A stretch of DNA of 64,000 bases from an uncultured Chloroflexia bacterium. GTDB lineage: Bacteria; Chloroflexota; Limnocylindria; Limnocylindrales; CSP1-4. This document shows, piece after piece, positions 31,477 through 44,007 of this stretch (positions are counted from its first letter, which is position 1; each line of letters begins with the position of its first letter). The notes beneath the pieces were generated by a model. That model worked only from the letters and a program-made list of their open reading frames with translations, was not told where the DNA came from and did no database searches. Both the position numbers and the translations under genes were made by a program. The stretch is from positions 608,001-672,000 of the forward strand of contig CAVXPZ010000004.1 of the NCBI GenBank assembly GCA_963763775.1. Direction: 5' to 3'.

Positions 31477-33060
31477 CTACCGTGCCACGGGGGTCGCGAG
31501 GACCGACCCGACGCCCTCCGGCATCGCCACCAGGGGCTGCCGCTGGCGGCGGATCCGGAGGAGGCCGTCGGTCACCCGGAAGACCAGGACCGCCGCGAGG
31601 ACGACGCCGAGGTCGACCCGGAGGAGACCCGGCCACGGCCCCAGCCATCCCGGGATCACGAACAGGATCGCGAACGGCACGAAGACGTCGAGGTAGACGC
31701 GGAGCGCGCCCAGGCCGACGCGGACCACCGGGTGGGCGCGACGGCCGCGCGGGGCGAACCGTGGGGACCGCGCGAGACCGATCAACGACCGCGACTGGAG
31801 GACGAGCGCGATCAGCAGCACCACGTCCAGCGCCGGGTAGAGGAGCTCGATCGTGCCCGCCGGTTCGCGACCGAGCAGCATCGAGACGACGCCGAGACCG
31901 ATGGTGTCCGGCTTGTGGAGCAGCTCGTAGATCGGACTCGTGCCGTTGAGCAGCACCGCGACACCAAGACCGTGATCGGGCACGATCGCGGCCACGGCGG
32001 CCATGTCGGTGGTGCTCCCGGTGTGCGCGACGATGCGCTCGCCATCGAGCGTGCCGTCCGTCCAGCCCAGGCCGTAGCGTTGGTCGCCGACACCCGTGGC
32101 GACGACGCCCTGGTGCATCAGCGCGAGGCTCGTCGGCGAGACGACAGCCCGGCCATCCGTGGCGGCACCGGTCTGGGCCACCAGGTAGCGGCCCATGTCG
32201 TCCGCGCTCGCGGCGATGAACCCCGCCGACACGAGGTCAGGACGATCGAGAGCGTCGCGTGAGTCGGCGATCCCGAACCACAGTCGGTGGGCTCGCGTCA
32301 GGCCCTCCTGTTCCGCGACGGCGTGGTCGGTCGTGGCGGTCGTCATCGCGAGCGGCCCGAAGACGTGCGTCCGCAGGTACGTGCCGTAGTCGACGCCGGA
32401 GACCTGCTCGATCAGGCGGCCCAGAACGACGTAGTTCGCATTGGAGTAGTGATAGGCCGCGCCCGGCGCGGACACGGGAGCGACGTCCGCCAGGTCGTCG
32501 ACGCGCGCGGCCAGGGACGTGACGGGAGTCGAGAGGGGCTCGGTCCCGGCCGCGGTCGAGATGCCGCTGGTGTGCTCGAGGAGCTGCCGGACGGTGATCG
32601 CGGCGCTGGCGTTCGCATCGGCAAGCCGGAACGCCGGCACGTATCGGACGACCGGCCGGTCCAGGTCGACGCGGCCGGCATCGACGAGCTGCATGACGGC
32701 GAGCGCCGTGAACGACTTCGTGAGCGAGCCGATGACGAACGGGGTCTGCGCCGTGACGGGACGGCCCGCGTCATCGGCCGAGCCGAAGGCCTGCGTATGG
32801 ACGATCCGACCGTCGCGGACGATGACGACAGCACCGCCCGGGATCCCGGAGTCGGCGATCTGATGCGCCAGCCAGGCATCGATCTCGGCGTAGGTCGCCG
32901 GGCCCCCGCGGGCCGGCGCCTGGCCGCCCGGGACGACGAGGTTGACCGCGAACAGCACGGCCGCTGCCAGGAACAGGAGCGGACGGACGGGGATCCGTCG
33001 GCGGATCCGAACGAGCGGGGAAGGCATTTCGGTGGGCTCCGATGTGGTGGGGAGGTTCAT
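31477..33060 (-). CDS. Serine hydrolase (beta-lactamase/AmpC-like family) with C-terminal TM helices
   Basis: GSLTK (SxxK), YSN (YxN) and HTG motifs. Confidence 0.88.
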   Translation of the reverse strand: MNLPTTSEPTEMPSPLVRIRRRIPVRPLLFLAAAVLFAVNLVVPGGQAPARGGPATYAEIDAWLAHQIADSGIPGGAVVIVRDGRIVHTQAFGSADDAGRPVTAQTPFVIGSLTKSFTALAVMQLVDAGRVDLDRPVVRYVPAFRLADANASAAITVRQLLEHTSGISTAAGTEPLSTPVTSLAARVDDLADVAPVSAPGAAYHYSNANYVVLGRLIEQVSGVDYGTYLRTHVFGPLAMTTATTDHAVAEQEGLTRAHRLWFGIADSRDALDRPDLVSAGFIAASADDMGRYLVAQTGAATDGRAVVSPTSLALMHQGVVATGVGDQRYGLGWTDGTLDGERIVAHTGSTTDMAAVAAIVPDHGLGVAVLLNGTSPIYELLHKPDTIGLGVVSMLLGREPAGTIELLYPALDVVLLIALVLQSRSLIGLARSPRFAPRGRRAHPVVRVGLGALRVYLDVFVPFAILFVIPGWLGPWPGLLRVDLGVVLAAVLVFRVTDGLLRIRRQRQPLVAMPEGVGSVLATPVAR

Positions 33061-33076
33061 GGCGCCACGATCGGGC

Positions 33077-33143
33077 GATCCGGCCTCCGCGCCATCCGTC
33101 TGGCGGCGGAAACGCGACTCCCCCGCGAGACGGAGGCCGGATC
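33077..33143. promoter_or_regulatory. 13-bp inverted repeat in the divergent promoter region
   Basis: gatccggcctccg / cggaggccggatc. Confidence 0.45.
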
Positions 33144-33203
33144 CGATGAGCGGGCCGGAACGTCGCGCTCCGAGTCGGCACGGGCTCGCTACACTCGGCC
33201 GCG

Positions 33204-35053
<1,850 letters not shown>

Positions 35054-35057
<4 letters not shown>

Positions 35058-36114
35058 CCCACGACCCGACGCACGCCCCGCGGCCGGACCCCGTGTCGCC
35101 GCCCCTCTCGGCGATCCTCATGTCGCCGCCCGCACGCCCCTCGAAGCCGCCCTCCGCGCCCGTCGTCGACGCGCCGCCCCCGGTCGAGCTCATGATCGAC
35201 GGCGAGACCGTGACGGTCCCGGCGGGCACGACGATCCTCGGCGCGTGCCGCCAGGAAGGGATCGACACCCCGACGCTGTGCTACGCCGAGAACCTGACAC
35301 CGGTCAACGTCTGTCGGGTCTGCGTCGTGGAGGTCGCCGGGTCGCGGGTCCTGGTGCCGGCCTGCTCGCGCAAGGTCGAGGCCGGGATGGACGTGCAGAC
35401 CGACTCGGAGCGCGTCCGGACCTCGCGCAAGATGGTGCTCGAGTTCCTCGGTTCGTCCGTCGACATCTCGCTGGCCGGGGCGCAGGCGCCGGACGGCTCG
35501 ACGGCCGCCTACGCCGAACGCTACGGCGCCGACCCGACGCGATACGGACCGCCGCCGCGCCAGCCGCCGCCGGCGAGCGCGACACGCACGAGGCCGGGCA
35601 TCACCACGCCGCGCCGGGTGACGCCGCCGCTGCGACGGTCGCCCAGCCGACCAAGATCGACAACGATCTCTATGTCCGCGACTACTCGAAGTGCATCCTC
35701 TGCTACAAGTGCGTCGAAGCCTGCGGCGAGGACGCGCAGAACACGTTCGCGATCGCGGTCGCCGGGCGTGGGTTCGACGCCCGCATCTCCACGGAACAGG
35801 CGGTGCCCCTCCCCGAGAGCGCGTGCGTGTACTGCGGGAACTGCATCGGCGTCTGCCCGACCGGCGCGCTGATGGCGAAGCCCGAGTACGACATGCGCGA
35901 GGCCGGGACCTGGGACCCGTCGCAGCAGACGGTGACCGAGACCATCTGCCCGTACTGCGGGGTGGGCTGCGCGGTCGAACTGCACGTGCAGGACGACAAG
36001 ATCCTCAAGGTGACCTCGCCGCTCGACTCCTCGGTCACCGACGGCCACCTGTGCATCAAGGGCCGGTTCGGCTTCGAGTTCGTCAACGAGCGGCCCCCGA
36101 AGCGCGGCCGATGA
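35054..36114 (+). CDS. FDH Fe-S subunit, equivalent to the N-terminal part of FdsA/NuoG (frameshift near 35550)
   Basis: [34 protein letters not shown] and CPYCGVGC...LCIKGRFG motifs. Confidence 0.9.
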
Positions 36115-36474
36115 CGGACGGCGGGTCGGCGCGGCCGGCCGAGATCACCCTCGACGACTTCGAGCGCGTCGACATCCGGGTCGGGACGGTCGTGGCCGCA
36201 GCGCCGCTCGAGGGCGCTCGCAAGCCGGCGATCACGCTCGAGATCGACTTCGGGCCGGAGATCGGGATCCGGCATAGCTCGGCGCAGATCACCGTCCACT
36301 ACGAACCCGCCGAGCTCATCGGCCGCCAGGTGGCCGCGGTCGTCAACTTCCCCCCACGCCGGATCGCGGGCTTCAAGTCCGAGGTTCTGACCCTTGGCTT
36401 CCCCGACGCCGAGGGGGCGGTCGTGCTCGTCGGACCCGGCCATCCCGTGCCCGACGGCGGCCGCCTGTTACTGA
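36111..36474 (+). CDS. csaA: tRNA-binding/export chaperone CsaA
   Basis: DIRVGTV, SSAQIT and [17 protein letters not shown] motifs. Confidence 0.85.
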
Positions 36475-36498
36475 GGCGTCCGGCGTACGCTGTCAGCG

Positions 36499-37138
36499 AT
36501 GACGGTCGACCACTGGGAACGGATCTATACGTCGCGACCGACGGACGCCGTCGGCTGGTATGAGCCGGATCCGATCCTCTCCCGCCGACTGGTCGAGGCG
36601 GCCATCGCACGCGGGGCTCGCAGCGTCATCGACATCGGTGGTGGCGCCTCGTCCCTCGTCGACCACGTCATCGACCTTGGCCTGGATCGCATCGCGGTGC
36701 TGGACATCGCCGGCGCGGGACTGGCCGTGTCGCGGGCCAGGCTCGGCGCGCGCGCCGACGAGGTCGAGTGGATCGTCGCCGACGTGACCGCGCCGCTCGA
36801 CCTCGGGCGGTTCGATGTCTGGCACGACCGGGCGGTCTTTCACTTCCTGCTGGATCCGGCCGCGCGATCGCACTACGTCACGCTCGCGAGGCAGACGATC
36901 CCGCTCGGCGGCATGGCGATCATGGCCACGTTCGCGGCCGACGGTCCGGAGCGGTGCAGCGGCCTGCCCGGTCCGTCGGTACGAGCCGGAGGGGCTCGCG
37001 TGCGAGTGCGGGCCGGCGTTCCACCTCACGACCACGACCCGACATCAGCACCGCACGCCGTCAGGCGTCCTGCAGGCCTTTCAGTACTCGACCTTCGAGC
37101 GCGTCGCGCTCGGCCGGGGATCCGACCGAGCCGCCTGA
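36499..37138 (+). CDS. Class I SAM-dependent methyltransferase (frameshift near 36970)
   Basis: [18 protein letters not shown] and GPERCSGLP motifs. Confidence 0.85.
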
Positions 37139-37168
37139 GGCGCCTCGCATCCGACGGCTCGTTCGACC

Positions 37169-38008
37169 CTAGCCCCAACCCGAGAGGTCGCGCAGGTCGA
37201 CGCGGTTGTCGTGGGTGTAGACGTTGAAGCCGTCGCCGCGGAGGAAGCCGACGAGCGTGACGCCGAGCCGCTCGGCGGTGTCGATGGCGAGGTCCGACGG
37301 CGCCGAGACGGCGCACACGATGGGGATGCCGGCGACCGCCGCCTTCTGGATGATCTCGAAGCTCACGCGACCCGAGACCATCAGCACGCGGTCGTGCAGC
37401 GGCATGGTCTTCGCCAGCACCTGCGACCCGATGACCTTGTCGAGCGCGTTGTGCCGCCCGACGTCCTCGCGAATCGCGATCAGCTCGCCAGCCGGCGAGA
37501 ACAGCCCGGCAGCATGGAGGCCACCCGTCTCGTCGAAGGCGCGCTGCGCGGCTCGGAGGAGGTCGGGCAGGGCGAGGATCACGGTTCGTGGGACGACCGG
37601 GCCTGGCGGGAGCGGGTCGACCCGCAGCGCGACCTCGTCGATGGAGGCCTTGCCGCAGATCCCGCATGACGCGGTGGCGATGAAGTGGCGCTCGGCGACC
37701 TTCGAGTCGTCGAACGGACGAGTCAGCCGGACGAGGATGGTGTCGTCGGGCTGGCTCAACGAGCCTGGATCGCCCGACGTCGTGGAGGCGACCTCATCGC
37801 CGTCGATGAGGCCCTCCGTGCGAAGGAACCCGACGGCCAATTCGGCCTCATGACCCGGGGTCCGCATCGTGATCGCCACCGCGACCGGCTGCTGTCTTGG
37901 GCCGGCCGCGCGGATCTCGAGCGGCGCTTCCCCGACGACGCGATCGTCGCGGACCTCGAGCGTCGAGCCGTGGACCGACACGATCTTGCGGGTCGTGACG
38001 TGGCGCAC
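37169..38008 (-). CDS. fdhD: Formate dehydrogenase accessory sulfurtransferase (start uncertain)
   Basis: TMRTPGHE, SCGICG, TGGLHAA, EDVGRHNALDK and SAPS motifs. Confidence 0.92.
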   Translation of the reverse strand: MRHVTTRKIVSVHGSTLEVRDDRVVGEAPLEIRAAGPRQQPVAVAITMRTPGHEAELAVGFLRTEGLIDGDEVASTTSGDPGSLSQPDDTILVRLTRPFDDSKVAERHFIATASCGICGKASIDEVALRVDPLPPGPVVPRTVILALPDLLRAAQRAFDETGGLHAAGLFSPAGELIAIREDVGRHNALDKVIGSQVLAKTMPLHDRVLMVSGRVSFEIIQKAAVAGIPIVCAVSAPSDLAIDTAERLGVTLVGFLRGDGFNVYTHDNRVDLRDLSGWG

Positions 38009-38025
38009 GGGCGGCCGCGGATCGT

Positions 38026-38704
38026 TCAGCCCGGGCACGTCGTCCCCTCGAGCGCCTTGCCGAAGGCGGTCAGCCGGTCCGCCGCGACGTTCGCGGCGTC
38101 GACGGCCTTGCCGAGCGCATCGAGGCCCTTGAGGCCGCCGCCGGTCGCCGACCAGTCGAGGAACCGCTCGGCCGCGTGCCGTAGGCCGCGACCATCGAAC
38201 GAGCCGCCTTGTGCGCCTTGGCGTAGCACGCCGCCGGCGGGTGGTCGCGCAGCCAGTCGCGCTCGCTGTCGACGAAGTCGAGGATGTCCACGGACGCATC
38301 GTGGACCCCCTTCGTGTCCTGTGCCTGGGCCGCGCGTGCTGAGCGCGGCGTTCAGGCGGTCGACCGTCGCGCGGTCGTCGTTGACCCGCAGGAGGAACTC
38401 CGCGTAGAGGAGTCGCGGGTCGCCTCGGGCGGTCGGCGGATCGGTCGGTGTCGGTTCGGGCGTGGGCTCGGGCGTCACTTCGGGCGTTGCGGTCGGCCAG
38501 GCGATGCGGCTCGGCGGTCGGCGGGTCGGTCGGCGTCGGCTCGGCCGTCGGCAGGTCGGTCGGCATCACGCTGGTGGCGGGCGACGCCTCGGCGGCGGTC
38601 GCGTCCGCCCCGTCGGCCTGGCGAAGGCGGCCGGCCATCGCGGCGAGCAGCACCACCGCGACGACGAGCGCGCCCGCGACGAGGAGCCATCGGTTTCGTG
38701 TCAT
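38026..38704 (-). CDS. Membrane-anchored hypothetical protein with a Pro/Thr linker (frameshifted)
   Basis: N-terminal hydrophobic helix, PTAEPTPT repeats, helical C-terminal domain. Confidence 0.55.
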
Positions 38705-38736
38705 CCGGGCGCGCACACGGCCCATGATAGGCGGCG

Positions 38737-39187
38737 ATGCCGTCCGACCCGCCGCTCACCCTCCGCGATCGCGCGTTCCTCGAAGGATCGCGGCGCGCCG
38801 TGCTGGCCACCATCGACCCCGCCGGGCATCCGCGCCAGGTCCCGATCTGCTTCGTGCTCGATCCGGCGGCGTCGGTGCTGTATACGCCGCTCGACGACAA
38901 GCCGAAGCGCACGGACGACCATCTCGCGCTGGCCCGCGTGCGCGACATCGCGACCCGTCCGGACGTGACGGTCCTCGTCGATCGATGGGACGAGGACTGG
39001 TCCCGACTCGCCTGGCTTCGCTGCTCCGGCCGCGCGTGGCTGCTGCCGCCGGCCGGTCCGGGTCACGCGGCGGCGGTCGGCGGCGCTCCGCGCCAAGTAC
39101 CCCCAATACGCCACGCACGACATCGCGTCGCGTCCGCTCATCGCGGTCACGATCGAGCGATCCGTGAGCTGGGCGTCAGGCGCCTGA
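38737..39187 (+). CDS. PPOX-class F420-dependent oxidoreductase-like protein (frameshifted)
   Basis: VLATID..PRQVPICF, DDKPK, VLVDRWDEDWSRLAW and LRAKYPQY motifs. Confidence 0.8.
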
Positions 39188-39214
39188 AGCCGGCCCTCGC
39201 CAGCGGCGTCGGCC

Positions 39215-39469
39215 TCAGGCGCGGACGCCGCCCGTCGGATGCTTGTGCCACTGGTCCGGCCCTTCGACGACCGGCACGCCCAGCGACTCGAGGAGGCGGT
39301 CCGACGCGGCGGTGATGTCGGCGATCGCCGCATCGAAGGCCTCGCGGTTGCGGACGCTCGGCTCGCGGAAGCCGCTGATCTTGCGGACGTACTGGCGGGC
39401 GGCGGCCTCCAGTTCACCGGTCGTCGCTGATTCCCCGGGACGACGCAGGGTCTTGATGCTTCGGCACAT
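39215..39469 (-). CDS. DUF2277 family protein
   Basis: MCRSIKTL...AARQYVRKISG. Confidence 0.8.
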   Translation of the reverse strand: MCRSIKTLRRPGESATTGELEAAARQYVRKISGFREPSVRNREAFDAAIADITAASDRLLESLGVPVVEGPDQWHKHPTGGVRA

Positions 39470-39511
39470 ACCCGTACGGTACGACCATCCGCGTCACCGT
39501 ATCCTCGGGCG

Positions 39512-39937
39512 GTGACCGACCCGGCCGATGTCATCGCCGCGCTTGGGCTCCAGCCGCACCCCGAAGGCGGCTGGTGGGCCGAGACGTGGCGCGCCCCCGA
39601 GGTCGACGGTGCGCGCCCCGTCGGCAGCGCGATCCTCTACCTCCTGGCCGCGGGTGAGCGGTCGCACTGGCACACGTTCGATGCCGCGGAGGTCTGGCAG
39701 TACGCGGCCGGCGACCCGCTCGAGCTCGCGGTCTGGAACGAGGGCAGCCCGGTGGTCCGGCACCGGCTCGGTGGCGACGTCGCCGCCGGCGACCGACCGC
39801 AGGCGGTGGTGCCGGCCCACGCCTGGCAGACCGCCAGCTCCCTCGGCGCGTGGACGCTGGTCGGGTGCATCGTGACGCCCGCCTTCGAGTTCGCGAGCTG
39901 GCGGTTGGCGCCCGACGGCTGGGAGCCGCCGGCCTGA
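39512..39937 (+). CDS. Cupin_5/DUF985 protein
   Basis: LQPHPEGGWW, SAILYLL and LVGCIVTPAFEF motifs. Confidence 0.88.
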   Translation: MTDPADVIAALGLQPHPEGGWWAETWRAPEVDGARPVGSAILYLLAAGERSHWHTFDAAEVWQYAAGDPLELAVWNEGSPVVRHRLGGDVAAGDRPQAVVPAHAWQTASSLGAWTLVGCIVTPAFEFASWRLAPDGWEPPA

Positions 39938-41104
39938 TGCCGCCACGACCGACGACCGCCCGCGGGACCGGGCCTGACCTTGCGACAGCTGAACCGGACG
40001 ACCCTGCTCCGGCAGGCGCTGCTCGAGCGCGCGCCATGGAGCGCCCCGGAGGCCATCGGACGGCTCGCCGGGCTCCAGGCCCAGCACGCGAACTCGCCGT
40101 ATGTCGCGCTGTGGTCGCGGGCGGAGGCGTTCACCATCGCCGCGCTCGAGGCGGCCCTCCGCGACCGCTCGGTCGTGAAGGGCACGCTGATGCGCTCGAC
40201 GCTGCACCTCGTGTCCGCGGAAGACGTCGCGGCGTTCGATGCGGCCGGCGCGCCGAGCCGCATCGCGAACTGGCGACCGACCGCCAGGCGCGCCGGTGTC
40301 GACATCCTCGAGCTGCATCGGCAGTTGATCGCGTACGCGGCGGAACCACGGTCCGTCGCCGAGATGGAGGCCTTCCTCGAGAGGATCGTCCCGAACACGA
40401 GCATCGCCGACCACGCCCCGTCGGGCGTGCGAGGCGTCGGGTTTCGCCTGGCGAGCGCGCCGGGCCGGCTGGTCCACGTACCGCCGTCGGGCCTGTGGGC
40501 ATCGCATGCGAAGCCGCGCTACATCGACCTCGGCGTCTGGCTGCCACAGGCGGTCGCGCCGGACCCGGCCGAGGCCCTCCGTCTCGCGGCGATCCGCTAC
40601 CTCACCGCCTACGGACCGGCATCGATCGCCGACTTCGCGAAGTGGGTCGGCCAGTCGCGCATCACGGCCGCCCGGGCGGCGATCGAGGCGCTCGGCGACC
40701 GCGTCCGGCGCTACACCGGTCCCGACGGGCGCGAGCTCGTCGACCTCGACGGGCTGCCGATCGCCACCGGCGACGAGCCGGCGCCGGGGCGGTTCCTCGC
40801 CCGATGGGACAGTGTCGTGATCGGCTACGACGTCCGCGACCGGATCATGCCGCCACGCCCTCTTCCCGGTCGTGGTCCGGGTGAAGAACGGCGACTTCCT
40901 GCCCACGTTCACGGTCGACGGGTTCGTGGCCGGGTCATGGCTGACGCGAGACCGTCCGCGGGGAAGCGATCCTCACGCTCTCGCCGGCCGTGCGCGCTGA
41001 CGGAGCGGTCGGTCCGAGCGGGACTCACCGAGGAGGCGGAGCGCCTGGTCCGGTTCGTCGCCCCGGAGGCGACCCGCCACGAGGTGCGCTGGGCGGACGC
41101 CTGA
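39937..41104 (+). CDS. HTH_42 (AlkZ-like) DNA glycosylase (frameshifted)
   Basis: LNRTTLLRQ, GLQAQ, LWSR, MRSTLH and YLTAYGPAS motifs. Confidence 0.82.
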
Positions 41105-41107
41105 CGG

Positions 41108-42321
41108 TCAGCCGCCCTCGCGCATCCCCCAGGGCGACCCGTAGGCGGTCAGCAGGTCGAGGAACGGGACGGCATCGAAGGCCTCCGGCCCGAGGACGCC
41201 GGTGCCCGTCCACGTGCCCGATGGCCAGCAGCTCCAGGGCCACGACCGGGTTGATCGCCGTCTGCCAGACGACCGCCTGCGAGCCGTACTCGCGCATCGT
41301 CCATTCGTTGTCGACGACGTGGTAGAGGTAGACCTCGCCGCGGCTGGCCGTCCTTCCCGGTGCCGGTCACCCAGGTGCCGGCGCAGGTCTTGCCGCGCAT
41401 CCGGTCGCCGAGCGTGGCCGGGTCCGGCAGCGCGGCCGCCACGACGTCCCGGGGCGAGACCTCGACGCCGCCGACGCGGAGCTTGTCCGTCCGGTCGAGA
41501 CCGAGCTTGTGCAGGACCGAGAGGACCTCGATGAACTCGTCGCCGAGCCCGTACTTGAACGTGACGCGTCGCGCCTTGACCCAGCGCGGGACGAGGAGGA
41601 CCTCCTCGTGCTCGACGTTGACGCACTCGACCGGGCCGATCCCCTCCGGGAAGTCGAAGGTCTCGGGCTCGCTGAAGGGCGGCGTCGTGAACCAGCCGCG
41701 GTCGCGTTCCCAGATGACCGGCGGGTTGAGGCACTCCTCGATCGTCGTCCAGATCGAGAACGACGGCGCGAAGTCATAGCCCTCGACGACGAGGTTCGCG
41801 CCGTCGCGGATCCCGATCTCGTCGATCTCGCTGAAGAGGTGGTCGGCGGCATACCGGGCGAAGATGTCGGAGAGGCCGGGCTCGACGCCGATGCCCGCGA
41901 GCGCCAGGCGTCCCGCGGCCGACCAGGCATCGGATGCCGCGAACTGCTCGTCGCCGAGCTTGACGCCGGTCTCGGCATACGGCCGGTCCGGGTGCGGGCG
42001 CGAGAGCGACATCGCCATGTCGAGGTAGTCGGCGCCGGCCGCGAACGCGCCCTCGAAGATCGGCATGACGAACCGCGGGTCGACCGCGTTCAGGACGTGC
42101 GTGATGGCGTTGGCGCGGCAAAGGGCGGTGACGTCGACGGCGCTGGACGCATCGATGCGAGCCGCGCTGAACCGCGCGTCACCACCAAGCTTCGCGACGG
42201 CGCGCTCGGCCCGGCCGATGTCGTAGTCGGCGACCACGACCGCCTCGAAGAAGTCGCGGCGGGCCGCGATCGGGACGACCGAACTGCCGACGCCGCCAGC
42301 GCCGACGACCAGGATCCGCAT
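41108..42321 (-). CDS. Saccharopine dehydrogenase / carboxyspermidine synthase family protein (frameshift near 41340)
   Basis: VVGAGGVG, YLDMAM, GVEPG, EHEE and GVLGPEAF motifs. Confidence 0.85.
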
Positions 42322-42387
42322 GCAGGGTGCCTCCGGCCGAGGTGGGACCACGACGGATCCCGGACCCTAGTGTGCGCGACGCGGAGG

Positions 42388-42996
42388 TCAGTCGCCGGTC
42401 GCGTACCGCCATTGGATCTGGCCGGTGTAGCAGTGCTTGAGCTTGGCGCACAGCCCGTGCGAGAGGTCCCACGTCCGGCCGCTGACGAACGGGCCGCGGT
42501 CGATGACCTGGGCCATCACGACCACGCCGTTCTTCGGATTGCGGAATTCGAGCTTGGTCCCGCAGGGCAGGGTCCGGTGGGCGACGCCGACCAGGCCCTT
42601 CGTGAGCCGTTGGCCGCACGCGGTGCCGTTCCCGTAGAGACCCGGGCCGTACCAGGAGATGTTCCGGTCCAGCCGCCACGGGTTGCGATCCGCCGCGACG
42701 GCCTTGCCGACGGGGAGGGCAGCGCGTGGCCGAGCCTGGGGCGGCTCGGTTCGCTGTGTGGGCTCGAACAGGGTCGAGCCTTGATCCAGGTTCCCGGCGG
42801 ACCGGGCCCCCGGATCGGGGGCATCGGTCGTCATCGTCGTCCCGCGGTCGGCAGCCGCGATCTCCACACGTTGGAAGAGATCCGTGTCCGGCTGGTCAAG
42901 GAACGATTGGGCACGTGACCAGGCCGGATCGGGGACGGCGACCGAGGCGAGCGTGGCGATGAGCGCCACGGTCGCGACGACCCTGAGGTGTCGCAC
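42388..42996 (-). CDS. RlpA-like DPBB lytic transglycosylase
   Basis: Signal peptide; SWYG, AHRTLPCG and IDRGPF..DLS motifs. Confidence 0.85.
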   Translation of the reverse strand: MRHLRVVATVALIATLASVAVPDPAWSRAQSFLDQPDTDLFQRVEIAAADRGTTMTTDAPDPGARSAGNLDQGSTLFEPTQRTEPPQARPRAALPVGKAVAADRNPWRLDRNISWYGPGLYGNGTACGQRLTKGLVGVAHRTLPCGTKLEFRNPKNGVVVMAQVIDRGPFVSGRTWDLSHGLCAKLKHCYTGQIQWRYATGD

Positions 42997-43082
42997 GTCT
43001 AGACAACCTTACCATCGTTCCTCTGGCACCGCCGTTCGTCCGGGGTCCGAGCTCGTTGCAGATGCATGACAGACTGCCGTCC

Positions 43083-43987
43083 GTGCCCACGCGGACCTAC
43101 GCGCTCGACGCGCCGTTCGACCTCTCGCTGACGCTCGGCGTGCTCGCCCGAGGGCGGGGCGATCCCACGCTCCGATCTGGCGCCGGGACATGCGTGGCGA
43201 ACGATGCGAACGGCGGCCGGCCCGGCCACGATCGCGATCGTCCAGCGCCCCGGCGAGCTCGCCGCAGAGGCCTGGGGACCCGGCGCGGAGACGGCCCTCG
43301 CGGCGCTGCCACAGGTCCTCGGCCTCGACACCGGTCCGTTCCGGCCGGCCGACGGACACCGGCTCGTGACCGAACTGGCGCGGCGCTTTCCAGGCGTCCG
43401 GCTCACGCGCACGAGCGCCGTCCTCGACGCCCTGATCCCCGCGATCCTCGAGCAGAAGGTCACCGGCGAGGAAGCGCGGCGGGCCTGGCGTGGCCTCATC
43501 GCGCGATACGGGGAGCCGGCTCCGGGCCCGCCGGCCTTCCGGCTACGCCTGCCGCCGGAACCGGCGACGATCGCCCGCCTCCCCTACTACGACTTCCACC
43601 CGCTCGGCGTGGAGCAGCGTCGGGCGGAGCTCATCCGCCGGGTCGCCGGACGGGCGGCCTGGTTCGAGGCGATCGCGAGCCTCCCGGTGGCGGACGCGTA
43701 TGCGCGGCTCGCAGGCCGTGCCCGGCATCGGTCCATGGACCGCGGCCGAAGTCGCGGTGCGCGCGCTCGGCGACCCGGACGCCGTGAGCGTCGGCGACTT
43801 CCACCTGCCGAACCTCGTCGCGTACGCCCTCGCCGGCGAGCCGCGCGCTGACGACGAGCGGATGCTCGAGCTCCTCGAACCCTGGCGCGGCCACCGTGCG
43901 CACGTGGTCCGGTTGCTCGAGCTCAGCGGGATCCGTGCGCCCCGCTACGGTCCACGCCTGACGCCACGGCGGATCGAGAACTCCTGA
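43083..43987 (+). CDS. DNA-3-methyladenine glycosylase II (AlkA-like HhH; frameshifted)
   Basis: ILEQKVT, VPGIGPWTA and GDFHL motifs. Confidence 0.82.
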
Positions 43988-44007
43988 CGCCCAGGGTCGA
44001 GCGCCGA

